A DNA stretch of 63,879 bases, filler included, from Octopus bimaculoides (lineage: Eukaryota), in the NCBI RefSeq assembly GCF_001194135.2. It is 5 parts of 5 records of this genome, joined end to end, with 100 filler letters (N's around TTAATTAATTAA, not from the genome) between each part and the next. Parts side by side here need not be neighbours in the genome. Positions count along the whole stretch, not along the records: positions 1 to 13,983 come from NC_068988.1; 4 more parts are not named here. One strand, given 5' to 3'. The stretch's first letter is position 1; each line of letters starts with the position of its first letter. Position numbers and translations under genes: made by a program. The notes beneath the pieces are model-generated. The model worked only from the letters and a program-made list of their open reading frames with translations, searched no databases and was not told where the DNA came from. Below, piece after piece: positions 1 through 12,589 of this stretch.

Positions 1-31
<31 letters not shown>

Positions 32-344
32 GTGTGTGTCCGTGTGTGTGTGTGTGTGTGTGTAATCTGAATTCACTGTTGGGTATAAAAACTTAATCCG
101 GCCATCAAACATGATCTTATTTTTTCGCCCCAATATTATCCCCATCTGAATGATATTTGATTTAATGATCAATCATTCCTGACTGATTCGATTTTTAGAA
201 GGTTTTTATTTGTTATTTGCTTGTTTTATCGTTTTATTTTTATTGTTCTTCAGAGTGGTACTTGTTTTGTGGTCGGTAGTAGTGGTGGCTCTAGTGCAGC
301 GAGGTATTTTCTTCGTTCACAATATCATTTTTGATATTTTTCTA

Positions 345-387
<43 letters not shown>

Positions 388-1267
388 TGTGTAAATGTGT
401 AATTTTGAGGTGTGTGTGTGTGTGTGTGTATGTGTGTGTGTGTGTGTATGTTTCTATGTAGGCGTCTGGGCATCGAATCAAGCCAAAAGAAGAATACTTA
501 AGAAAATATATAAGGAATGAAGAGATATCTTGAGATGATGATATCAAAACACAAATACACTCAACTACACAAACACACACACATACACGCACTCGAATTC
601 ACAGATACACACACATACATGCACGCACGCGCACACATACAAACATACATATCGCAGTGTCATGAGGATGACACACTAATCTCTGTTCATTTTACGTACA
701 CATATATCTGCTATAAGCACGCCGACACACATGTGTACATATATACATATACATACATACGTATATATATNNNNNNNNNNNNNNNNNNNNNNNNNNNNNN
801 NNNNNNNNNNNNNNNNNNNNNNNNNNNNNNNNNNNNNNNNNNNNNNNNNNNNNNNNNNNNNNNNNNNNNNNNNNNNNNNNNNNNNNNNNNNNNNNNNNNN
901 NNNNNNNNNNNNNNNNNNNNNNNNNNNNNNNNNNNNNNNNNNNNNNNNNNNNNNNNNNNNNNNNNNNNNNNNNNNNNNNNNNNNNNNNNNNNNNNNNNNN
1001 NNNNNNNNNNNNNNNNNNNNNNNNNNNNNNNNNNNNNNNNNNNNNNNNNNNNNNNNNNNNNNNNNNNNNNNNNNNNNNNNNNNNNNNNNNNNNNNNNNNN
1101 NNNNNNNNNNNNNNNNNNNNNNNNNNNNNNNNNNNNNNNNNNNNNNNNNNNNNNNNNNNNNNNNNNNNNNNNNNNNNNNNNNNNNNNNNNNNNNNNNNNN
1201 NNNNNNNNNNNNNNNNNNNNNNNNNNNNNNNNNNNNNNNNNNNNNNNNNNNNNNNNNNNNNNNNNNN

Positions 1268-1328
<61 letters not shown>

Positions 1329-2427
1329 CACACACACATACATACATAAATGTATGTATGTATGTGTATTCATACATCCACGTACACATGTGTATACCGA
1401 CCTACGTATCCATATATCAATGTATATGTTTGTGTACATGTGTGTGCTCACTTATGCGTGTGTGTGTGTGTGCGTGTGTGTGTGTGTGAGCGTGTGTGTG
1501 TGTGTGTGTGTGTGTAAAATATATCTCTGGCTATCTGGCTATTGACGTTTCCATAGAAACGTAGAACTAAACTAGCATTACTCTTGAGGATTCTTCTGGA
1601 ACAACATGGGATTTATCTTTTGACCGAACCAAAATACGGCTCCAGATTATTTAGCAAGCGAATATATTGATACTCTTCAGAAATGGTTGAGGAATACACT
1701 GCCAAAGCTGTCAATATCAAAACTCCTTCTTTGTTTACCAAAGAAAAATTGCTTTTTTTCTCGTCTTCCTGCATTCCCGGTTAAAAATGTTTATCTCTAC
1801 ATCCAGTTTTCGTATCGACAGATGATACCATTCAATCCATCTATATCTAGGTGTATTGATCTATCTTGGGAATATCACACGGTTGTTGAATGTGAATTAT
1901 GGATATGCCTGTCTGTCAGTCGGTCTGTCAGTTCTGTGGTTCTAATTTCACTCTCGTATTTGTGCTTACACTGCGTTGGGAAGGGCGGTTGGTTACCAGA
2001 ATTGTTAGAGCGTTGGCAAAATGCCTTACGGTTATGTTTCGAGTATTTGCGTTTTGTGTTCAAATAGCGTCGAGGTTACCGTTGGCATTCATGCTTTTAG
2101 GATTAATAAAATTAATAGCTGGCCGCCAACACATTTTTTCTGCATATTAGGGGTAGATTATCCTGTTCAGGCTATATTATTAGCATTATCCTGCGTTTGA
2201 GAATTTAAAAATCACTTATTTAACTTTCTAAGACATCTCAACTGTTCTAAAAGCAAACTTTGTTTGTTTGTTTACGTTCATCGTAATTTGAATTTAGCAT
2301 ATGATAGCGTCTCATAAAGCGAGATTTCTATACATCTTAAATTTGCAGAAAAACTTGTGGTGAGGGCAGTTTAGCTTAATCGGTCTAAGAGCACCGCGAC
2401 GCGTAATCACGGAGCACAAACCGAATA

Positions 2428-2588
2428 CATCAACCCATCGTACTTGACTGGTACTTTATGTTATCAGCCCAGAAGGGATGAAGGACAAAGCTGACGTTGG
2501 CGGGATTTGAACTTAGAACACAAAGACCCGGAAGATAAGCTTCTAAACATTTTCTCCGACGGGCTAACGACTCGGCCAGCTCGCCGCT
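2428..2588 (-). mobile_element. SINE family A copy
   Basis: Reverse-complement similarity to 13746-13900. Confidence 0.75.
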
Positions 2589-2949
2589 TTCAAACAAATG
2601 AATTAGCATTCTTTAGAATGTGGTACCCCAGCGCTTGTTCCAGTTGATGGTACCTGCAGCTGGCTCTTTTCACGTTTATTCATTGTCATCTACTTTCATG
2701 CATTCCTATAATCTGTTTTCTGTTATTCCTTTAATCCGTTAATACCATTCATCCTTGCTACATGTTGAATCATTCCAAGTTCTCTTACGTTGTAGTTTAT
2801 AGCACATTAATTTTATTCGGATTAATTCTCATTCTTTAATTCCGTTATTCTCATTCGCTTATTCATTCTTTTTCATTCGTTCAATTCTATTTTGATTAAT
2901 TTTTCAGTCTTTCTTCGTGAATTTTTTCCATCTCAATTTACACCTTTTT

Positions 2950-2992
<43 letters not shown>

Positions 2993-3029
2993 ATCTATAT
3001 ATCTATATATCTGCCTCTCTCTCTATCTG

Positions 3030-3109
<80 letters not shown>

Positions 3110-3554
3110 CTTCTCTCTCTATCTCTCTATCTATCTCTCTCTCTCTCTATCTCCCTATCTTTCTCTCTGTCTCTCTTTCTCACACACGCGCGCACACGCA
3201 CATACGTCCTTAGTTTCTACCTTCTCTTTCCTTTATAAATTAACAACCACACTTCCTTCGTTTGCAAAATGCATGCGAAATAATATCTATTTCCCAAGAG
3301 AATTCTTGCTAATTAGGCAAAAAAAAAAAATTAAATATTTGTGTTTTAAACTAATGAATAAGTGAATGACAGAATGTAAGAATAAAAAGTTTTTTTTCTT
3401 TTTACGATAATAAATATATAAATAAACGAATAAATTTTAAAGAACTATTGGATGAAAATGAAAGAGAATGGAGAAAAATGATAAAATCCCAAGAGAATTC
3501 TTCGGAATTAAAAAAAACATTAAATAATGAGAATTAGAATGGAAGAGTGAAAAA

Positions 3555-3590
<36 letters not shown>

Positions 3591-3910
3591 AATAAAGAAA
3601 GAATGTAAGGAGGACAGACAGATAGGCAGACAGGAAGAAAGGAAGAAGCGAAAAACAATTTTTGGATGAAAATAAACGAACATAAAAGAGAATAAAGGAA
3701 TAAGATGGAATGGTAAAACTGATTAACTCCTCGCTCTGCGATTGAAGTAGCACTTTGTATAATAAGTACACCACAAAATACAGTTTGGTCTTTCATGGAT
3801 TAGAGTAAGAAAGGACAAGTTACCCAGGGTCTCCATCTGTATCAAAATTATGGAGTAAGATCGGTACTGACATATATATTGTAGAAAACCAAGAAATTCA
3901 TTTTTAATTA

Positions 3911-5491
3911 CACTGTAAAACAAACTTCAAGGCCAAGAAAAAAACCATAGTTCTCATGTACATTTTATTATGAAGTCGATTGTGCTAAATTCGAATTTTA
4001 TAACAAAAATTTCCCATCAGGTCACATTTTCTTTTAATAACTATGCAGTCTGTACCAATTTCCACGATACCATAAATATATTTTGCTCCCAAAGTCAGAA
4101 TAAATACGTCCATTGTAATTAATTCATAAATGTATAATAAATCGAAATGTTTGTTAGCATTATATAATGTATTAACCTACATTTTAGCATTTATTTCTTC
4201 GTTTATCAGACGTCTCAGGTGTATCAGGTTTCAGCTTCCAGCAGAGGCAAGCCAGCATAGTAGCTAGGCTTTATTTTCCCTTATACCTGTTTTCCATTGA
4301 TGCTATATCTTGATGGAACCTCTCTCCATGTTCATCACTCACATCTCCTGCATTCTCTGAGAAGAAGAACAGATGAGAATGAAGAAAATGTATCTTCAGT
4401 GACATACTGCATCCGAGATCTTAGTAGCACTTGATTAGGCGCTCCACTGTACTCTCTCGTTGGGCCACTTGGTGCTTTCCCAGACGTCTTTTGCATACAT
4501 CTTTGAATGCATGCCAGGCCGCTAGCTCAGTTTCATCCATTGCCGCCTCGAAGTCCTCATCAGTCGACGAATCTGAGGGCCTATAAATATATCCTCTTTA
4601 AACTTGCCATCACTTGTTTTAGGGAAAATCGCTTTGGGGTACTGGAAACATGGCTTGTTATGTTGCAGTGCTTTTGGTAAATTGCTTCATTAGGCCCAAT
4701 TTTATATGCAGTGGTGGCAAAAGGATTTTCTCCTTCTTAACTAGTGGCTCATGATTTATATTATGGCGTCCAGGCGTCATAGTTTCCCGGGGTAGCCATT
4801 TTGAGTGTACGCAATGTTCTGCTCTGGTCCTACATAAACTTGGTGTATCTAGTTTGTAGCCCATTAAGTAGGGCTGCTACTTTCAAGTCCGTACAAATTA
4901 GTCACTCTTGCTCCTTGTAACTTATGTAGTCTAGAATAAAATCGAGGTTCTCATATGGCTCTCTTAAAATAACTGAGTAATTGAACTGAAGACATGGTGT
5001 TCTCAATGTGCAATAAAACTGCTTTTATGCTATAAATGGATGCATCTATGAATAACCTCCACCCATTTGGTTCATAGGTCAGCTCAAATGCGTTGAACAG
5101 GTCTCTGATATCATTACAATAAGTCAAGTTGTTTTCCAAAGTGAAGAATCGCTGTAGATCTACAGAACGCTTCCTAAATATTGTAATTCGAGCATCTTTA
5201 TCCAACAGGTTCCATTGTTGCAGACGTGAGGCCAGGATTTCGCTCTGTTGATTACCAAGTGTTTGATCACGAACTAGATCATTGAGTTCAGGTTGGGTGC
5301 TGAGGTGGTTTCTTATCAGATTTACCACGGATTTGGATCCGTATAACTATAAAAATATTGAATGTACTTTTGTTAATTTTCATAGGTCAAGTTGATAAAA
5401 TACCTTTTGAACACCCCATTAAAATTATATCAAAATCCGTTCATAACCTTTAGAATTGTCAGTTTCGACCCAATCCTGTTTACACGCAGTT
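3911..5491 (-). mobile_element. Chapaev3-like (CMC superfamily) DNA transposon, internally deleted, pseudogenised transposase
   Basis: Minus-strand fragments ELNDLVRD..LASRLQQWNLL, WRLFIDASIYSIKAVLLH, ILLPPLHIKLGLMKQF, and by hand from about 4640 to 4200: IFIGPQIRRLM..MSLKIHFLHSHL..SDEHGERFHQDIASMENRY. These match recalled Chapaev3 transposase motifs. Left end CACTGTAAAACAAA at 3911, with a degenerate inverse near 5477-5491. Stops and frameshifts present. Confidence 0.75.
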
Positions 5492-5689
5492 CCTACGGAA
5501 CCATCAGTGTATGGATTGTAGCCTCCGGTGTACATGGTAACAGTGAATGCTAGTGGTTATGGTATTGGTGATAGTAGAGATGTCAAGATGTTGGGTGGTA
5601 AGCAGAGGTTGACAATGATGATGTGTTTAGATAAGGAAGAAGGAAAGGAAGAAAATAAGGCAGAGAGAGAAAGATTGACGAGAAAATGG

Positions 5690-5828
5690 GAAAGAAGAAA
5701 ATATGGAAAGAAAGAAAGAAAGAAAGAAAGAAAGAAGGAAGGAAGGAAGGAAGGAAGGAAGGAAGGAAGGAAGGAAGGAAGGAAGAGAAAAAGAAAGAGA
5801 AAAAGAAAGGGAGAAAGAAAGAAAATGA

Positions 5829-5864
<36 letters not shown>

Positions 5865-5907
5865 AGGAAAGGGAGAAAGGAAGAAAATGAAAGAAAGAAG
5901 GAAAGGG

Positions 5908-5958
<51 letters not shown>

Positions 5959-6702
5959 AAAAAGAAAGAAAAAAGAAAGAAAAAAGAAAGAAAGAAAGAA
6001 AGAAAGAAAGAAGGAAAAGGAGAAAGAAAGAAAATGAAAGAAAGAAGGAAAGGAAGAAAGGAAGAAAGAAAGAAAGAAAGAAAGAAAAGGAAAGGAAAGA
6101 AGGAAGGAAAGAAAGAAAGAAAAAGGAAGGAAAGAAAGAAAGAAAAAGGAAGGAAGGAAGGAAGGAAGGAAGGAAGGAAGGAANNNNNNNNNNNNNNNNN
6201 NNNNNNNNNNNNNNNNNNNNNNNNNNNNNNNNNNNNNNNNNNNNNNNNNNNNNNNNNNNNNNNNNNNNNNNNNNNNNNNNNNNNNNNNNNNNNNNNNNNN
6301 NNNNNNNNNNNNNNNNNNNNNNNNNNNNNNNNNNNNNNNNNNNNNNNNNNNNNNNNNNNNNNNNNNNNNNNNNNNNNNNNNNNNNNNNNNNNNNNNNNNN
6401 NNNNNNNNNNNNNNNNNNNNNNNNNNNNNNNNNNNNNNNNNNNNNNNNNNNNNNNNNNNNNNNNNNNNNNNNNNNNNNNNNNNAAAAGGAAGGAAGGAAG
6501 GAAGGAAGGAAGGAAGGAAGGAAGGAAAGAAGGAAGGAAGAAAGAAAGTCAGAAACGAAAGTCAGAAACAAAGAAAAAAGTAAAAGAAAAGAAAAGAAAG
6601 AAAAAGAAAGGGAGAAAGAAAGAAAAGGATAAGGAAATAAAGAGAGAAAGGAAGAAGGAAAGAAAAATGAAAAAAAGAAAGTTTGAAAGGGAGAAAGAAG
6701 GA

Positions 6703-6745
<43 letters not shown>

Positions 6746-6810
6746 GGAGCAACTTTGGCTGAAAGGAAGGAGAGATGAAAGATAGGATAAGAGAAAGAAG
6801 GAAGAAAAAT
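5690..6810 (+). repeat. Polypurine (GAAA)n/(GGAA)n compound microsatellite spanning a gap
   Basis: Almost exclusively A/G on the plus strand; gap at 6184-6483. Confidence 0.95.
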
Positions 6811-7443
6811 GAGAGGAAGAGAGACCGAAGGACGCGCATCTGTGTGTTGTGCCTGAGTGTGTGTATGTCTGTGCGTCTGTACGTCTGTGTGTCTGCGTGT
6901 ATGGAAAAAAGCGGGAGATCAAAGGAAAATTGACCGAATTAGTTTCAATGATGAATAATGAAAAGGATAAAAACAACAACAGGTGGGATGGATTTGATCC
7001 TTTTGAAGCGCCCATATATACATACATATATATTTATGTAGGTATATGTATGTGTATATACATGTATATATATACATGTATATATACACTCATAGTAATA
7101 TGATGTGTATATAATATAATGTATACAAGTGAGACTTATTAAATCAAGTTAATACTGAACTTGATGGTGAAAAAAAAAATAATAGGACAAAAAGGATGCA
7201 GATTCATGAGAATGAGAAAATGTGGGTGGGGAGGGAGGGAGGGAGGCGGTTGGGATACATACGTATGTACGGTGTATATGTGTGAGTTGTGTGTGTATGT
7301 GTGTGTGTGTGTGTGTGTGGCCTATGTAGCTCATATATAAACAGGGCTAATTTAGGTGTAAGTTGAAAAAAAGAACGGTAATGATGCGTCGATATCAAGC
7401 TGTCTATTAGTGAGACGAGCATGACCATCGCTGACATGTTGGC

Positions 7444-7602
7444 TTAATACTGATTGCTCCAGCGAACGGGAGATCGACTTTGACTCATGAAGGTCTGACT
7501 GATAGGCTTCTCAGATGAAGGATCCATTATAGGTTTTTGAATGTCGCGTGAGGCCATAGCGGCTCTTGCAGACATTGCTGGATACATGAGAGGTAAGCGT
7601 GC
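7444..7602 (-). CDS. Candidate terminal coding exon of an unidentified gene (52 aa, ARLPLMYPAM...SPVRWSNQY*)
   Basis: Acceptor tttcgttcgatattgcAG (AG at 7604-7603), then an open phase-0 frame to TAA at 7446-7444, in non-repetitive GC-richer sequence. No homologue recognised. A competing plus-strand reading exists (see findings). Confidence 0.35.
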   Translation of the reverse strand, partial: ARLPLMYPAMSARAAMASRDIQKPIMDPSSEKPISQTFMSQSRSPVRWSNQY

Positions 7603-8714
7603 CTGCAATATCGAACGAAACATCTCTACGTACATACATATATTCAACAGAATTACATACAAACCGATATGGAGTAAAGTATGGCTGAAATGGGGTTCTT
7701 GGGAGAGAACGCAAATCCTTAATTCATATGCTACAAACGATCACGATATCTGGAATAAAAAAAATCTGCGAGACCTCAAAATTCAAAGGATGATGGTTAA
7801 AAGAAGATGTTTTCTTTCACAACCTTGCTAGCAAGTTGGTGAATGGTCAAATTTTATTTATGGGGAGAGAGAAGAGAGGTAGAGGCAGAGGGACAGAAGA
7901 ATTAGCGAGGGACGTCTCTATTTTCAGGATATTTAGCAGAAACAACAGAAACTCAAAGGTCCGAGAATTTCATACGTTGAGATTTATCAAAGTTTGCAAT
8001 GTGTCAACGCACGGACCTTGAGTCATTCTGCTGCTTCTGCTAAATATTTATATAAGCAGTCAAAGAAACAGCTAGGCAGGAATATATGAATTTGAATGTA
8101 TTTAAATAAAATCATTTGTGTGTANNNNNNNNNNNNNNNNNNNNNNNNNNNNNNNNNNNNNNNNNNNNNNNNNNNNNNNNNNNNNNNNNNNNNNNNNNNN
8201 NNNNNNNNNNNNNNNNNNNNNNNNNNNNNNNNNNNNNNNNNNNNNNNNNNNNNNNNNNNNNNNNNNNNNNNNNNNNNNNNNNNNNNNNNNNNNNNNNNNN
8301 NNNNNNNNNNNNNNNNNNNNNNNNNNNNNNNNNNNNNNNNNNNNNNNNNNNNNNNNNNNNNNNNNNNNNNNNNNNNNNNNNNNNNNNNNNNNNNNNNNNN
8401 NNNNNNNNNNNNNNNNNNNNNNNNNNNNNNNNNNNNNNNNNNNNNNNNNNNNNNNNNNNNNNNNNNNNNNNNNNNNNNNNNNNNNNNNNNNNNNNNNNNN
8501 NNNNNNNNNNNNNNNNNNNNNNNNNNNNNNNNNNNNNNNNNNNNNNNNNNNNNNNNNNNNNNNNNNNNNNNNNNNNNNNNNNNNNNNNNNNNNNNNNNNN
8601 NNNNNNNNNNNNNNNNNNNNNNNNNNNNNNNNNNNNNNNNNNNNNNNNNNNNNNNNNNNNNNNNNNNNNNNNNNNNNNNNNNNNNNNNNNNNNNNNNNNN
8701 NNNNNNNNNNNNNN

Positions 8715-8933
8715 TATATATATATATATATATTAATTTACGTGTATTCACACATACATACATTACATACATTCCATTCATACATATATACATTACATAT
8801 ATACACACATGCATACATATGCACATACGTACATATATACGTACATACATATATACATACATACACACATACAAACGTACGTACATACATGCTTACATAC
8901 GTATATACATATATACACGCATACATACATACA

Positions 8934-8964
<31 letters not shown>

Positions 8965-9430
8965 GTACGTACATACACACATACATACATGCATTCATAC
9001 ATACATACATATGTACAGACACATACATACATGCATTCATACATACATTCATACACACATACATATACTCATACGTACGTACATACATATATACATATAT
9101 ACACATATACATACATACGTACGTACATACGTATATACGTACCTACATACATGCATGCATACACACATACTACGTACATACACACATACACACATACATA
9201 CATATATACAGACAGACAGACACATACATACATACATACGTACGTACACACATACATATATACATACACACATACATACATTCATACACACATACATATG
9301 TGCATAAACACAATATATACATATAAACATTCATACTTACATACATATATACATACATACATACATACATACATACATACGTACGTACAAACATACATAC
9401 ATGCATACATACACGCGTGCGTACGTACAT
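8715..9430 (+). repeat. Degenerate (CATA)n/(TACA)n microsatellite array
   Basis: Direct reading. Confidence 0.95.
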
Positions 9431-9786
9431 AAATGAATGGACACACGGACACACACACAGATTACACCCGCATAAACTTTTAATGAATACATGGGTCTTA
9501 ATAATTATCTTCCTCACTAATGAACCAATAGAGGAAATTGAAAGGCCGAGTGTAAAACATAAATAAATAAATAAACCAATAAACAAAAAAAACAAACAAA
9601 CCTGATTGAACTATATTTATCTTCCTTTGTGTTGTTGTTGTTGTTTTTTATGTTTTTTGGGGGGTTTTATTAAAGTATTCGCACCTGTCCACTTTGGATC
9701 GAATAGTCTCAGTCTTGCTGTCAGTGTTCTTAGTTTTTATTGCTATTGTTAGTTTGATCAGCATTAGCATTATGAATTATTATCTC

Positions 9787-9937
9787 CATCATCATCCTCA
9801 TCATCATCATCATCATCATCGTCATCGTCATCATCATCATCATCATCATCGTCATCATCATCATCATCATCACCATCATCATCATCGTCATCATCGTCGT
9901 CGTCATCATCATCATCATCATCATCATCATCGTCATC

Positions 9938-9969
<32 letters not shown>

Positions 9970-9971
9970 CG

Positions 9972-10006
<35 letters not shown>

Positions 10007-10075
10007 GACATCATCATCATCCTCCTCCTCCTCCTCATCATCATCGTCATCATCGTCATCATCATCATCATCATC

Positions 10076-10106
<31 letters not shown>

Positions 10107-10674
10107 TCACCATCATCATCGTCATCATCATCATCATCATNNNNNNNNNNNNNNNNNNNNNNNNNNNNNNNNNNNNNNNNNNNNNNNNNNNNNNNNNNNN
10201 NNNNNNNNNNNNNNNNNNNNNNNNNNNNNNNNNNNNNNNNNNNNNNNNNNNNNNNNNNNNNNNNNNNNNNNNNNNNNNNNNNNNNNNNNNNNNNNNNNNN
10301 NNNNNNNNNNNNNNNNNNNNNNNNNNNNNNNNNNNNNNNNNNNNNNNNNNNNNNNNNNNNNNNNNNNNNNNNNNNNNNNNNNNNNNNNNNNNNNNNNNNN
10401 NNNNNNNNNNNNNNNNNNNNNNNNNNNNNNNNNNNNNNNNNNNNNNNNNNNNNNNNNNNNNNNNNNNNNNNNNNNNNNNNNNNNNNNNNNNNNNNNNNNN
10501 NNNNNNNNNNNNNNNNNNNNNNNNNNNNNNNNNNNNNNNNNNNNNNNNNNNNNNNNNNNNNNNNNNNNNNNNNNNNNNNNNNNNNNNNNNNNNNNNNNNN
10601 NNNNNNNNNNNNNNNNNNNNNNNNNNNNNNNNNNNNNCATCATCATCATCATCATTGTCATCGTCGTCGTCGTT

Positions 10675-10706
<32 letters not shown>

Positions 10707-10784
10707 TGTCATCGTCGTCGTCGTTATCATCATCATTGTTTATTGTGATTTTTTAAATAATATCATCATCAGTATCACCACCAC

Positions 10785-10834
<50 letters not shown>

Positions 10835-10934
10835 CCATTGTCATCACCACCACCATCATCACGATCGCCATTATCATAACCATCATCTTCACCGTCATCA
10901 TTCTCATCGTCATCATTATTATTATTATTATTAT

Positions 10935-10975
<41 letters not shown>
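9787..10975 (+). repeat. (CAT)n/(CGT)n/(ATT)n/(AGT)n trinucleotide array spanning a gap
   Basis: Direct reading; source of the spurious poly-His/poly-Ile ORF. Confidence 0.95.
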
Positions 10976-11350
10976 AGTGAGAGAGCCATGCATGCCATCA
11001 AAGTAACACTGGGGTGCATAACCATATGTGCGTGACATGGCGATCTCATATCAAGATAAACAGCGCATGACCTCGCAGGTGGGGCCCAGTTAGAATTTTC
11101 TTCAGGTCGAGTAGCCCATCCCGCTCAAAAGGTCCTTGAATAAGGGTTATTTAAAAATTTTGAACAAAAACCCCATGTTTCCAAAGGTGAATTATCCAAA
11201 TCCGAAAGAATTATTTTCAACACATGGCTATGATGCTCCCCCACTACTTCTGCTCATGATCAGAGATGCACATATCGACAGCCACCAAGGGACATGCTCA
11301 ACTGGTTAAGGTCAAACAACTGACAAGCAAATCTGTGGTATTAAGCAGAC
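10975..11350 (-). mobile_element. Retroposon 3' region (LINE 3'UTR or SINE tail) ending in a simple-repeat tail
   Basis: Reverse-complement match to 55835-56215 (e.g. gggacatgctcaactggttaaggtcaaa, aggtgaattatccaaa); abuts an (AGT)n tail. Confidence 0.7.
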
Positions 11351-11952
11351 TATTTGCTGTAGCCCATCTTTTATACCAAGACAAAACAATTACCCAGGGA
11401 ATATACGCCTGTTGATATACTCTGTAGACACAAGAAGGTTGCACATGGAGACAACATTATCANNNNNNNNNNNNNNNNNNNNNNNNNNNNNNNNNNNNNN
11501 NNNNNNNNNNNNNNNNNNNNNNNNNNNNNNNNNNNNNNNNNNNNNNNNNNNNNNNNNNNNNNNNNNNNNNNNNNNNNNNNNNNNNNNNNNNNNNNNNNNN
11601 NNNNNNNNNNNNNNNNNNNNNNNNNNNNNNNNNNNNNNNNNNNNNNNNNNNNNNNNNNNNNNNNNNNNNNNNNNNNNNNNNNNNNNNNNNNNNNNNNNNN
11701 NNNNNNNNNNNNNNNNNNNNNNNNNNNNNNNNNNNNNNNNNNNNNNNNNNNNNNNNNNNNNNNNNNNNNNNNNNNNNNNNNNNNNNNNNNNNNNNNNNNN
11801 NNNNNNNNNNNNNNNNNNNNNNNNNNNNNNNNNNNNNNNNNNNNNNNNNNNNNNNNNNNNNNNNNNNNNNNNNNNNNNNNNNNNNNNNNNNNNNNNNNNN
11901 NNNNNNNNNNNNNNNNNNNNNNNNNNNNNNNNNNNNNNNNNNNNNNNNNNNN

Positions 11953-12491
11953 GGAAGGAAATGCTGTGTTTATATGCCTGGTGGCCACCGCGTGAGAAGT
12001 TGTATGGTGGACGAGATTGAAGGGGCTGAACACAAACACTTTTCTCATTAGCCAATCCCTGATGAACTTCTTCGAGTTTCACTTGAAAAGGAAAATAAGG
12101 GTAGAGAAGGATGTGTTGTCTTCTAACCAGTTTGCTGAAAGATGGATGAAAGTGGCGAGAATGGTGCGAGTGAACGGGCCTGCCCTGAGCATACGCTTGC
12201 AGTTGGAAACGAGGAAAGGAAAAAAGGCACCTGCCCCCAAAGTCTGGACACCAATAGTTTTTTTATGGGGCTTTTTTATGAGCAGCCCTCAAACGTCTCC
12301 TTCCTATTGATGATAACACATTGTTGATTTTTAAAACAATTTTCTTAGTCTTGTTTACACGCAAAACCCTCACAAACATCACACTCACACATATACACAC
12401 ACGTACATTCATTGTTGTGTCCTGTACTATCCATAATGTTTTTCTTAATGTAAACCCTTCTGGTTAATAAACAAATCATTATCATTATTAT
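11953..12491 (+). mobile_element. Tx1/L1-like LINE 3' end (ORF2 C-terminus, 3'UTR, tail)
   Basis: FFEFHLKRKIRVEKDVLSSNQFAERWMKVARM resembles a Tx1 ORF2 C-terminus; AATAAA at 12466 followed by an (ATT)n-like tail. Confidence 0.65.
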
Positions 12492-12589
12492 TCGTACCAG
12501 AGGTGGTGGGGGGCTCTGCTTTTTGGCGCTCGTAAGTTTTCACTATTTCTTTTTTTTTTTTGTCTCCAAAAGTTGTTCATTGTTCACTT

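Noticed and set aside
451-520. Acceptor-like site followed by GVWASNQAKRRILKKIYKE*
   Set aside because: Very short, sandwiched between microsatellites, with no corroborating exon
517-1545. Long ORFs containing X runs (also 5627-7027, 8096-9326, 24708-25919, 47453-48129)
   Set aside because: Open only because of N gaps and stop-free dinucleotide or tetranucleotide repeats
9694-10980. 428-aa ORF with a signal-peptide-like start and poly-His, reminiscent of His-rich cephalopod proteins
   Set aside because: Pure (CAT)n microsatellite crossing a 500-N gap and continuing as poly-Ile/Ser; no splice or codon evidence
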